21,477 bases of DNA, taken from NCBI GenBank assembly GCA_963934255.1, contig CAWVXU010000043.1, forward strand, positions 1 through 21,477, written 5' to 3'. This DNA is from an uncultured Fibrobacterales bacterium (GTDB lineage: Bacteria; Fibrobacterota; Fibrobacteria; Fibrobacterales; CAWVXU01). The notes beneath the pieces were generated by a model, which saw only the letters and a program-made list of their open reading frames with translations, searched no databases and was not told where the DNA came from. This document shows positions 1 through 8,269 of this stretch, piece by piece. Both the position numbers and the translations under genes were made by a program. Each line of letters opens with the position of its first letter. Positions within the stretch are counted from its first letter, which is position 1.

Positions 1-322
1 ATCAACCAACGTACCATTGATCCACTACGCAAATGGGGCTTCAGCACTTCTTAAGCCCTTCACAGGGCTTGGAGCAGACGTCTTAGGACTTGATTGGCGT
101 GCTGACTTAGCTCAAGCAGTTACCGACTATCCAGATCAAATGTTCCAAGGAAACCTTGATCCTTGTACTTTATATGCTCCATCAGAGATTATTGAAAAGA
201 GAACTTTCGACATTCTAGAGATCGTGAAAGATCGTCCACATATTATGAATTTAGGCCATGGTGTTCTTCCTGATATCCCAGTTAGTGGAGTTGAGGCTTT
301 CTTAAAGACTATAAGAGCTTAA
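1..322 (+). CDS. hemE: Uroporphyrinogen decarboxylase, C-terminal part (5' truncated by window)
   Basis: Motifs LGLDW, FQGNLDP and HIMNLGHGVLP are typical of the UROD C-terminus; the frame is open to the window edge; stop TAA at 320-322. Confidence 0.93.
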   Translation, partial: STNVPLIHYANGASALLKPFTGLGADVLGLDWRADLAQAVTDYPDQMFQGNLDPCTLYAPSEIIEKRTFDILEIVKDRPHIMNLGHGVLPDIPVSGVEAFLKTIRA

Positions 323-362
323 AAATCATTCCATTAGAATGCATCGATTTTCAAAATTCAAC

Positions 363-400
363 AAAAGTGGTGTTAAGTTAAAGAGCTTAACACCTTTTTT
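363..400. terminator. Intrinsic terminator, probably bidirectional, between convergent hemE and the protease gene
   Basis: Stem GGTGTTAAG (369-377) / CTTAACACC (386-394), followed by T6 (395-400) and preceded by AAAA (363-366). Confidence 0.8.
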
Positions 401-414
401 ATATCCATTGGGGA

Positions 415-2085
415 TTAAAAGCCAACGAGAACAGGGCTTAACCGTGATTTTCCATTGAGTGTGAAATGGAAATAATAGAGACCCGGAGTAAGATTAGGCA
501 ATTTAACCAGACCAATTCCTTTTTCAATCGTCGCCTTTTCCTGTTGAAGCACTTGACCTTGACATGAAATAAATTGAACTTTCATCCCTTTCAAGTCGAC
601 ATCGGATTTCAAAGTTAAGGAAGATTTCGTAAAGCTAACTGAAATGTTTTCTAAGAATTCAACTGTAGACATTTTTTGAACTAGCATCTTATATTGACTA
701 TTCTGAGCAGGTTTTGATAAATTATAAATACTGAAAAAACCGGGTGCTTGCTTATAGTTATCAAAATAGGCTGTCTGCCCTTCAACTACTTTTTTTTCTT
801 TTAAAATTTCGTAATCATAATTAAATAACCGTGCAAGAACAGAATCCCCATTAGTTAATGTGAACTCTAAATTCAACAAGGTTGAAACCTTAAAGAAGTC
901 AACACTCTCGCCAAATAAAATTCCGTTACCATCTAATTGAGAATCCCATAGCTGATTTTCTATTAATTCACCTTCAAATTCAGGGGAGCTTACCGAAGTA
1001 GTTCCACCTGCTTTTTGAAGAACATCATTGGTGTCATTACTATTTCCATCAACATCGGGGTCCAACAAATAACTAGCCCAAAAATCATGGTGCACATCAT
1101 CTAGTGTTAAACTGTCAAATTCAAAAATAGACTCTTTCACTAAAGAAATTGTTTCTGGGATTTGAGCAGCTTTTTCTACCATGTTTTCGGCAATTTGCAT
1201 CCCAAAACGTTGATCTAAATAGCTAAAAAATGGCCATGCTCCATAATATCTGATTACATCAACATAGTCACCGTGCTCTGAACTGGGATTATATGCGATT
1301 GAAATGTCGGGATAAGGCCAATAACTATCCAGATAAATTGTATTGTCAGCCTCATCACCGTAAAGTTCATACTCCATCGAAGTTGCTAACCCCTCAAGCC
1401 ACCAAGTATCATGACTAAAGTTTATTCCTATTTGAATTGCATGAAAAAGCTCATGAACTGCAGTACTTAACAGAGCCATTGTCGGATTTTCAAAATCTGA
1501 GCTTGAATATTCGTTTCTCAATGTGATGTATGAGTAATAACCAGTTTTCTCCTTAAAAATTGTTTCTGGGTGGTCACCCGCAAGACCTAATGCATCAGTG
1601 AGTCCGTAGCTATCAGAATTAATTTTTCTCAGGAATATTGGGTAGTTTGTTGTCCATTTCCATCTTGGTTTGACAAAATTATTTTTATGATAATACAAGG
1701 CCCACGCTTCTTCTAAGCCTCCAGCGACTAATTCAATATAATCAGGGATTTGATTCGAATCTAAATCGGTAGTATCAATTGCCTGAGCTCCAGTCTTTGC
1801 ATAATGAATTGAAAAATGTTTACTTTCATAGATTGTCCCTAAGTCTAATATTAAATCATTATAGCGTTTAGAATCATCAGTAACCTTAGCTTGATACATT
1901 GATTTTTTTGGAGGTTTCAAGGACTCAATATGTTGTAGATGATTTGTTAACGATGCTTTAGATTTATTGAGGGGATGATAAACTCCCATTGGTTGATTCA
2001 ATAAATTTAATTTGCCAGCATTTACTGTGCACCAACTTGTGATACACATAAAAACAGCCAGCTTCAGATTTAAATGGAATTTCAT
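415..2085 (-). CDS. Secreted zinc metalloprotease (gluzincin-type, resembling MXAN_6640-family proteins) with a T9SS type A-like C-terminal sorting domain, about 556 aa
   Basis: Start reassigned to ATG 2085 (MKFHLNLKLAVFMCITSWCTVNA, signal-peptide-like), 1 nt after the dnaA stop. HELFH plus downstream WWLEGLA (HEXXH...E). HFSIHY...DLDSNQIPDY acidic loop. C-terminal KVQFISCQGQVL...LTPGLYYF resembles T9SS CTDs. Confidence 0.75.
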   Translation of the reverse strand: MKFHLNLKLAVFMCITSWCTVNAGKLNLLNQPMGVYHPLNKSKASLTNHLQHIESLKPPKKSMYQAKVTDDSKRYNDLILDLGTIYESKHFSIHYAKTGAQAIDTTDLDSNQIPDYIELVAGGLEEAWALYYHKNNFVKPRWKWTTNYPIFLRKINSDSYGLTDALGLAGDHPETIFKEKTGYYSYITLRNEYSSSDFENPTMALLSTAVHELFHAIQIGINFSHDTWWLEGLATSMEYELYGDEADNTIYLDSYWPYPDISIAYNPSSEHGDYVDVIRYYGAWPFFSYLDQRFGMQIAENMVEKAAQIPETISLVKESIFEFDSLTLDDVHHDFWASYLLDPDVDGNSNDTNDVLQKAGGTTSVSSPEFEGELIENQLWDSQLDGNGILFGESVDFFKVSTLLNLEFTLTNGDSVLARLFNYDYEILKEKKVVEGQTAYFDNYKQAPGFFSIYNLSKPAQNSQYKMLVQKMSTVEFLENISVSFTKSSLTLKSDVDLKGMKVQFISCQGQVLQQEKATIEKGIGLVKLPNLTPGLYYFHFTLNGKSRLSPVLVGF

Positions 2086-2086
2086 C

Positions 2087-3601
2087 TTAGCCCAACAACT
2101 TACTTTTAAGGTTTTCAACAGCTCTAGCAAAAACTGAATCAACATCTATTGTTTCTTGTACTTTTCTAATAGCATGTACTACAGTGGCGTGATCTCTTGA
2201 GCCTATTTTTTTTCCAATAGTCTTGAGTGACTCTGAACTAAGATCTCTCCATAGGTACATAGTCACTTGTCGAGCTTGCGCCACTTCTTTAGTGCCTCGT
2301 CCTTGTGCCATTATCTTATCTTGATCAACTTCAAAAAAGTTTGCTATAACCTGAATGACATCATCAAAATGGATTTTTTTTGCGTTAGATTTATTGACAT
2401 GAATTAATGCTTCTCTACATAAGTCCATTGAGATTTCTCGACGAGTATGTGTAGTGCGAAGCATCAATTGTTTAATGACTGACTCAAGTGAACGTATATC
2501 TTTATCCACATTTTCAGCAATAAAAGTAATGATCTCATCAGAGACATCAATCTTATTTCGATTGGCTTTATCTTTTAAGATCGCTTCACGAGTTTCAATA
2601 CTCGGCAATTGAACATCAACCGTTAAACCCCATTCAAAACGACTGATGAGACGCTCCTCAAGACCGATGACACCTGAAGGAGGACAATCACTAGTAAGGA
2701 CAATCTGTTTACCACTTTGATGTAAACTATTGAAAATATGAAAAAAAGCATTTTGAGTTTCAGTTTGATTGGATAACTCTTGAATGTCATCTATCAACAG
2801 AAGATCTACTTCATTTCTGTAGTAGTCAGACATCTCTTCTAGAATGCTTTTTCCATAATTTGCAGAATCATTTTTCTTCATCATAGAGCTGACAAATTCA
2901 CGTTTGAAATCATTGGCAGTGATGTAATGAACTGTTTTACTAGGGTATAGCTCTATGTAATAATTGCCGATGGCTTGAATTAAGTGAGTTTTACCTAGTC
3001 CAGATCCACCATATATAAGCAGTGGGTTGTATATGTTATTTTCAGGAGTTTCGGCTACGGCCTTGGCAGCTGCATAGGCAAACTCCGAATTGCCACCTTC
3101 TACAAAAGAATTAAAAGTATAATCATCATTAAGATAAATCCCAGGCATATCGGAAAAGCTTTTTTGGATCACTTTTCTTTTGATTGGGGACAGAGCTGCA
3201 TCATTTATTGGCTGCTTTTGTCGATGATTACTTTGTTCAATACGTCCTTGCTGTCCATTATTTTGTAAAGAACTCAATCCATTATTAGATTGATTAACTT
3301 GACTTGAATGGATTGATTGCAATTTTGATGGGCGAATTGGATTAGATTCAGGCATAATTTCTGAAGGCAAAAACTCTATTCTGATTAAATCACCCGTCAC
3401 TTCTTTCCACGCAAGAGCCGAAATTGAAGAGTAAAATTGATTTAAAGTCGAAAAGTCAGCATCAAAAGGCACACCAATCCTTAAAATATCAGAATTTAAT
3501 CCGAGCGGCTGAATCGTTGAGAAATGCTCCCGAAACGTGTCAGGGTGCAGTTTTTCCTTCAATTTTTCAATCCAAATATCCCAGTTGGGGAAAGTATCCA
3601 T
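2087..3601 (-). CDS. dnaA: Chromosomal replication initiator protein DnaA
   Basis: YTFNSFVEG, YNPLLIYGGSGLGKTHL (Walker A), LLLIDDIQ (Walker B), RLISRFEWG (Arg finger), domain IV ARQVTMYL...IG..RDHATVVHA; AAGGA RBS upstream. Confidence 0.98.
   Translation of the reverse strand: MDTFPNWDIWIEKLKEKLHPDTFREHFSTIQPLGLNSDILRIGVPFDADFSTLNQFYSSISALAWKEVTGDLIRIEFLPSEIMPESNPIRPSKLQSIHSSQVNQSNNGLSSLQNNGQQGRIEQSNHRQKQPINDAALSPIKRKVIQKSFSDMPGIYLNDDYTFNSFVEGGNSEFAYAAAKAVAETPENNIYNPLLIYGGSGLGKTHLIQAIGNYYIELYPSKTVHYITANDFKREFVSSMMKKNDSANYGKSILEEMSDYYRNEVDLLLIDDIQELSNQTETQNAFFHIFNSLHQSGKQIVLTSDCPPSGVIGLEERLISRFEWGLTVDVQLPSIETREAILKDKANRNKIDVSDEIITFIAENVDKDIRSLESVIKQLMLRTTHTRREISMDLCREALIHVNKSNAKKIHFDDVIQVIANFFEVDQDKIMAQGRGTKEVAQARQVTMYLWRDLSSESLKTIGKKIGSRDHATVVHAIRKVQETIDVDSVFARAVENLKSKLLG
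2502..2510 (+). promoter_or_regulatory. Perfect DnaA box TTATCCACA inside the dnaA coding sequence
   Basis: Exact consensus 9-mer at 2502-2510; the only perfect copy noticed by eye in the window. Confidence 0.35.
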
Positions 3602-3647
3602 AAATTTCCTTTTGATAAATAAAATATAAACGATTATTATTACACTT

Positions 3648-4178
3648 ATGGAACTTTTAAATGAAATTCACTTCGGCCTCCCAATTGCAATAAGTTTATT
3701 GTTTTTATGGGTATATGTAATATGGGCCAGAAATCACGCTTTTGGGCTCTTTTTGGATAAACAAGTCAAAAAAGGTAAAGCTTGGGTCTATCTTCCTATT
3801 GGATGGACACCTAAGACCCGTGCACTTAAAGCTTTGGTACTCAAATTATTACTTTTTTGCTCCATCACCTTTGGCTCATTATCTCTATCTTTGATCATTG
3901 GTGCCCAAAAGGAGCTTGGCCTAGGTCTTGTTGTCACCTATGCCATCACTGTGTTGATATTGGGTAAAATTTCGATTCAACACCGCTTCAATCAACAGGA
4001 AAATGCATATTATAGTATTCAGGATGCAATTATCTCTGAAAGTGAGCGCGAAGGCAAAAGAATAAGTGATACAGAGCTGCAAAATTTAGCCTCATATCAA
4101 TTTCAAAACGCTCTGAGAACAGCTGATTCCAATAAGCGGCTATTAAAAGAACTTGATGAGCGCAGCGCAGCGCGATAA
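3648..4178 (+). CDS. Hypothetical membrane protein (about 3 TM helices plus a charged C-terminal helical tail)
   Basis: 176-aa ORF divergent from dnaA with three hydrophobic stretches; no family recognised. Confidence 0.7.
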   Translation: MELLNEIHFGLPIAISLLFLWVYVIWARNHAFGLFLDKQVKKGKAWVYLPIGWTPKTRALKALVLKLLLFCSITFGSLSLSLIIGAQKELGLGLVVTYAITVLILGKISIQHRFNQQENAYYSIQDAIISESEREGKRISDTELQNLASYQFQNALRTADSNKRLLKELDERSAAR

Positions 4179-4231
4179 TTCCTATATTTTCCCTCAATAT
4201 TTGAGGTCTTAATAGCAATTGGAGGCAAGGC

Positions 4232-5311
4232 TTGCTCATTTCTAAAGAAGAGTTTGGAATCAATTGGGAACAAGATACTTGTTCCCAATCCTGGAGATAT
4301 AGCCAAAAGATGTTAAAGCTTGTGTCTCGCACCTTTGCTTTGAATATCCAAGTACTCCCCTTGTCCCTCAAAAAACCCATCCTACTCGCTTATTTATTTT
4401 GTCGCATGGCTGATACTCTAGAAGACGATAAAGATATGGCACGGGATGAAAAAGTACGCTTACTAGAAATCTTTCGACTCATTTTTGTTGATCGTGAAAA
4501 CTGGCAAGAGCATACTGCAGCTTTTCGAGACGCTCTACCCAAACATTGGAAAGACTCAGAAGACTGTGATCAACTACTCACAGCATGGCCTAGGTGGCCA
4601 CTCTATCTTTTCTTTGACCTGTCTGACAAGTATGTCCATGCTGTTTCCAAATGGGTGATTGAAATGTGCGATGGCATGATTCAATTCTCCGATCACCGAG
4701 AAGGTCAATCAGGCTGGATGGGACTCCAAAGCGTCGAGGAGCTTGATGAATATTGTTACTATGTCGCTGGCACTGTTGGGATGATGCTTTGTGATTTGTT
4801 CTTTGCCTACTCCCCACTTATTAGCGCCAGTAAATACAAAGCCATGAAAGAACTTGCTGTCTCTTTTGGTCTAGGTTTACAGATTACCAATATCGTCAAA
4901 GACATGAAAGAAGACGCCGAGCGCAACACATGCTTTGTGCCAGAAGCTCTTTTTACCAAGTTCAACACAAGCCCCCAGGCACTTATAGAAGAGCGCCAAG
5001 AGGAAGAGTTAAGTCGTGTGGTTGACTATCTTACACAAAAAGCTTTAGGGCATTTAGAAGATGCCAAAGATTATACTCTTTTGATCCCTCGTCTCGAGCC
5101 AAGAATAAGATTGTTTTGTCTTTGGCCACTTTTTATGGCAACAGCTACTCTTGTAAAAGTTGTAGCTGACAACCAAGTGTTAAGTCAAGAAAAAGTTAAG
5201 ATCTCTCGTAGCGACGTTAAAGGAATTATTAAAAGTACAACTTTGAGAGTTGCTTTTAATTCTCAAATTGACAAAATGTTTGAAACAGATAAGGCCAAAA
5301 TATTATGCTAA
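4232..5311 (+). CDS. Squalene/phytoene synthase family enzyme, single-enzyme squalene synthase-like
   Basis: VSRTFALNI flap, YLFCRMADTLEDD first Asp-rich motif, YCYYVAGTVG, FGLGLQITNIVKD second motif, RLFCLWP; TTG start preceded by GGAGG (4221-4225). Confidence 0.88.
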   Translation: MLISKEEFGINWEQDTCSQSWRYSQKMLKLVSRTFALNIQVLPLSLKKPILLAYLFCRMADTLEDDKDMARDEKVRLLEIFRLIFVDRENWQEHTAAFRDALPKHWKDSEDCDQLLTAWPRWPLYLFFDLSDKYVHAVSKWVIEMCDGMIQFSDHREGQSGWMGLQSVEELDEYCYYVAGTVGMMLCDLFFAYSPLISASKYKAMKELAVSFGLGLQITNIVKDMKEDAERNTCFVPEALFTKFNTSPQALIEERQEEELSRVVDYLTQKALGHLEDAKDYTLLIPRLEPRIRLFCLWPLFMATATLVKVVADNQVLSQEKVKISRSDVKGIIKSTTLRVAFNSQIDKMFETDKAKILC

Positions 5312-5838
5312 ACAAAACATCAACACACACCTTTATTTTAATTGTCGGTGTCATATTAGACCAATGGACTAAGTTTTGGGCAGTCGGGCGTCTAGGTGAT
5401 GCTAATGGAAACCCTACTGGTGAAAAGATTGAAGTCATCGGATCACTTTGGAGGCATCGACTCGCTTATAACGAAGGCGCAGCCTTTAGTATGAAACCTC
5501 AGGATCTTATCCCTGCCTTACATCCTACCGCTTTCTATGCCATTTTCTCTTTAATAGCCATTAGTGCATTAATTTATTTTTATAAAAAAGCAGTGGAACC
5601 TGATGACACCTTGAGCCGCCTTGGAGTTGCTTTGATTTTATCAGGGGCGCTTGGTAATTTAGCTGATCGTATGAGAATCCATAAAGTAGTTGATTTTATT
5701 GATTGGGATTTCCCTGATTTCATTATGGTCCGTTGGCCAACCTTCAACCTAGCAGATAGCTGGGTTTGCATTGGTGTGGCATTAATATTTGTAGCATCTT
5801 GGATCGCCCCCAAGAAGATTGAGAAAACTAATGAGTGA
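5305..5838 (+). CDS. lspA: Lipoprotein signal peptidase II
   Basis: LDQWTK, NEGAAFS, GALGNLADR, VVDFI, WPTFNLADS catalytic motifs. Confidence 0.97.
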   Translation: MLNKTSTHTFILIVGVILDQWTKFWAVGRLGDANGNPTGEKIEVIGSLWRHRLAYNEGAAFSMKPQDLIPALHPTAFYAIFSLIAISALIYFYKKAVEPDDTLSRLGVALILSGALGNLADRMRIHKVVDFIDWDFPDFIMVRWPTFNLADSWVCIGVALIFVASWIAPKKIEKTNE

Positions 5839-6832
5839 AAATAATACATGGGAAGAATTTATTGTCGGTGAAGATGACAACGGCCAAAGAGCTGATGTCG
5901 TTGTCGCTGAACTCTATGAAGAACATTCGCGGAATCAAGTTCAAAGCTGGTTTAAACAAGGCAAAGTTCTGCAAGATGGCAAAGTCATCAAAAAAAATCG
6001 TAGTGTTCAAGCCGGGCGTGAAATTCGAATACTCACTCCAGAAGCGCCTGAAATGCCTCATGTTGATCCAGAAGAAATGGATTTAAATATTGTTTTTGAA
6101 GATGATGATTTCTTAATCGTTAACAAGCCTAAAGGTATTGTCGTTCACCCTGGAGCCGGCAATCAATACGGCACATTAATCGCTGGCATACTTCACCATT
6201 GTGGCAAGCTCAGTAAAGTCGGAGATGGAAGTCGTCCAGGTGTTGTTCATCGTCTTGACAAAGACACATCAGGTCTTTTGATTGTGGCCAAAAATGAAGA
6301 ATCTCACATCAAACTGAGTCACCAACTCCAAGCTCGCGACATTTCTAGAACATATAATGCAATTATATGGGGACACCCTCGCGAAGAGACTGGCACACTT
6401 GACTTCCCTATTGGAAGAGATCGTCAAAATCGACTCAAAAAATCAGTCAACCCACATGGTCGAAATGCGATTACTCATTACCGAGTAAAAGAGTATTTTG
6501 AATTTGGGAGTTTACTTGAAATCAAACTAGAAACAGGTCGTACTCATCAAATCCGCGTTCACACGAGTTTCATCGGATGCCCTATTGTAGGTGATGCAAT
6601 GTACAATGGTCGTGAATTCAGCATTGATCGTCGTGAGCCACTTGAAAGAGAGCGTGCACTTCACATGATTAAGTTAGCCAAATCACAAGCCCTTCAAGCA
6701 GTTAAATTAAAACTCACCCACCCCCGAACAGGTGAAGAGATGACATTTGAAGCACCGCTTGAGCAAGAGTTTACTGAGCTACTTGCTTATTGCCGTGAAA
6801 AACTTCCAGCGGATAAATTGAGAACTGAATGA
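5831..6832 (+). CDS. rluD: RluA-family 23S rRNA pseudouridine synthase with N-terminal S4 domain (RluD-like)
   Basis: VNKPKGIVVHPG, RPGVVHRLDKDTSG, LETGRTHQIRVH, PIVGDAMY; usual lspA-rluD adjacency; ATG 5831 preferred over TTG 5819. Confidence 0.93.
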   Translation: MSENNTWEEFIVGEDDNGQRADVVVAELYEEHSRNQVQSWFKQGKVLQDGKVIKKNRSVQAGREIRILTPEAPEMPHVDPEEMDLNIVFEDDDFLIVNKPKGIVVHPGAGNQYGTLIAGILHHCGKLSKVGDGSRPGVVHRLDKDTSGLLIVAKNEESHIKLSHQLQARDISRTYNAIIWGHPREETGTLDFPIGRDRQNRLKKSVNPHGRNAITHYRVKEYFEFGSLLEIKLETGRTHQIRVHTSFIGCPIVGDAMYNGREFSIDRREPLERERALHMIKLAKSQALQAVKLKLTHPRTGEEMTFEAPLEQEFTELLAYCREKLPADKLRTE

Positions 6833-8268
6833 ATTTCAGGATTGTTTTTAGGATACTAGGGCTTCTGCTCCTGCTTTTGGCAGGAACGATGCTTTTGCCT
6901 ATTAGCCTAGCGGCCTACTATGGTGAAGGCTCTTATGATGCCTTTTGTTATAGTGCTTTACTTACAGGTGTGATTGGCTTTAAACTTTCATTGATTCGCC
7001 CCAAACCAGGTGCCAAATTCGGATTCAAAGAGTCCATTCTCGTAGTGACTTTCGGTTGGATTTTATTCTCCATCTTTGGAGGCCTTCCCTATCTCTATTC
7101 TGGGCTCAACTTATCTGGCTCAACATTTGAAACAATGTCTGGATTATCAACTACAGGGGCTACGGTTTTCACAGACATCGAAGCGCTAGACCATGCCACA
7201 CTTTTTTGGCGAAGCCTCACACAATGGATTGGCGGCATGGGGATTGTGGTCTTGAGCCTAGCCATCATGCCATTACTGGGTCCTTCTGGTGCCAACCTCT
7301 ACAAAGCGGAAGTTCCAGGCCCGACGACTGATAAGCTCATGCCTAAACTTCAAGCCACTGCCAAATTACTTTGGTATGTCTACTTGGGGATAACATTGCT
7401 TCAAGTGGCGGCTTACTTAGCTGTAGACATGCAATTATTTGATGCCATCTGTCACTCAATGACTACAGTAGCTAGCGGTGGTTTTTCTACCAAAAACGCA
7501 TCCATGGCCGCATACAACACTCCAAGTATACAATGGATTACCACTGGCTTTATGTTCGTAGCTGGAGCGAACTTCGCACTGCATTATCGAATGGCCACTG
7601 GAAAACTATTTGTTTATTGGAAAGATCTAGAATTCAAAACTTACTTCTTTTTGGTGGCTCTTTTTAGCTCAATCATCGCTGCCCTACTTTTAAGTTCATC
7701 ACACTCTGATATTGAAACGGCATATAGAGATGCAACATTTCAAGTAGTATCAATTATTACCACAACAGGTTTTGTGAGTGCCAACTATACCCAATGGCCG
7801 CCTCTTGCTCAGTTTTTCATCTTACTCTTAATGTTTGTAGGCGGTTGCGGTGGTTCTACTTCTGGTGGCGTCAAAGTCATCCGAATTATTGTTCTTTTTA
7901 GAAATGCCTTCATTGAACTTCGTAAAGTTCTCCACCCCTCAGGTATCTTTCACATGAAGCTTGGGAAAACTCCACTCAAAGATGATGTTTTATCCAAAAT
8001 TCTTAGTTTTTTCTTTTTATATCTGGTTACGATATTAGGTGTTGGCGCGATACTTGCGGGACTCGGTCACGACCTGGGAACATCTCTTTCTGCAGCTGTT
8101 TCTTGTGTGGGTAATATTGGACCGACTTTTGCAGGAGTTGGGCCTGTTGATAACTTCTCTGTTATTAGTGACCCTGGTAAATGGGTTCTCACATTTGGGA
8201 TGCTTGCAGGACGTTTAGAGCTTTTCACTATACTCGTTTTATTTACAAAAGAATTTTGGAAAAACTAA
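6829..8268 (+). CDS. trkH: Trk potassium uptake membrane subunit
   Basis: Four pore-loop Gly motifs (STTGAT, ASGGFS, TTTGF, GNIGP), WRSLTQWIGGMG, GSTSGGVK, GRLELF; ATGA overlap with rluD. Confidence 0.96.
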   Translation: MNFRIVFRILGLLLLLLAGTMLLPISLAAYYGEGSYDAFCYSALLTGVIGFKLSLIRPKPGAKFGFKESILVVTFGWILFSIFGGLPYLYSGLNLSGSTFETMSGLSTTGATVFTDIEALDHATLFWRSLTQWIGGMGIVVLSLAIMPLLGPSGANLYKAEVPGPTTDKLMPKLQATAKLLWYVYLGITLLQVAAYLAVDMQLFDAICHSMTTVASGGFSTKNASMAAYNTPSIQWITTGFMFVAGANFALHYRMATGKLFVYWKDLEFKTYFFLVALFSSIIAALLLSSSHSDIETAYRDATFQVVSIITTTGFVSANYTQWPPLAQFFILLLMFVGGCGGSTSGGVKVIRIIVLFRNAFIELRKVLHPSGIFHMKLGKTPLKDDVLSKILSFFFLYLVTILGVGAILAGLGHDLGTSLSAAVSCVGNIGPTFAGVGPVDNFSVISDPGKWVLTFGMLAGRLELFTILVLFTKEFWKN

Positions 8269-8269
8269 A

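Noticed and set aside
2086..2145. Track N-terminal extension of the protease overlapping dnaA
   Set aside because: ATG 2085 gives a clean signal peptide and removes the overlap.
3180..3370. Q/N/S-rich stretch in DnaA as an intein or inserted domain
   Set aside because: Falls in the naturally variable domain II linker and has no intein terminal motifs.
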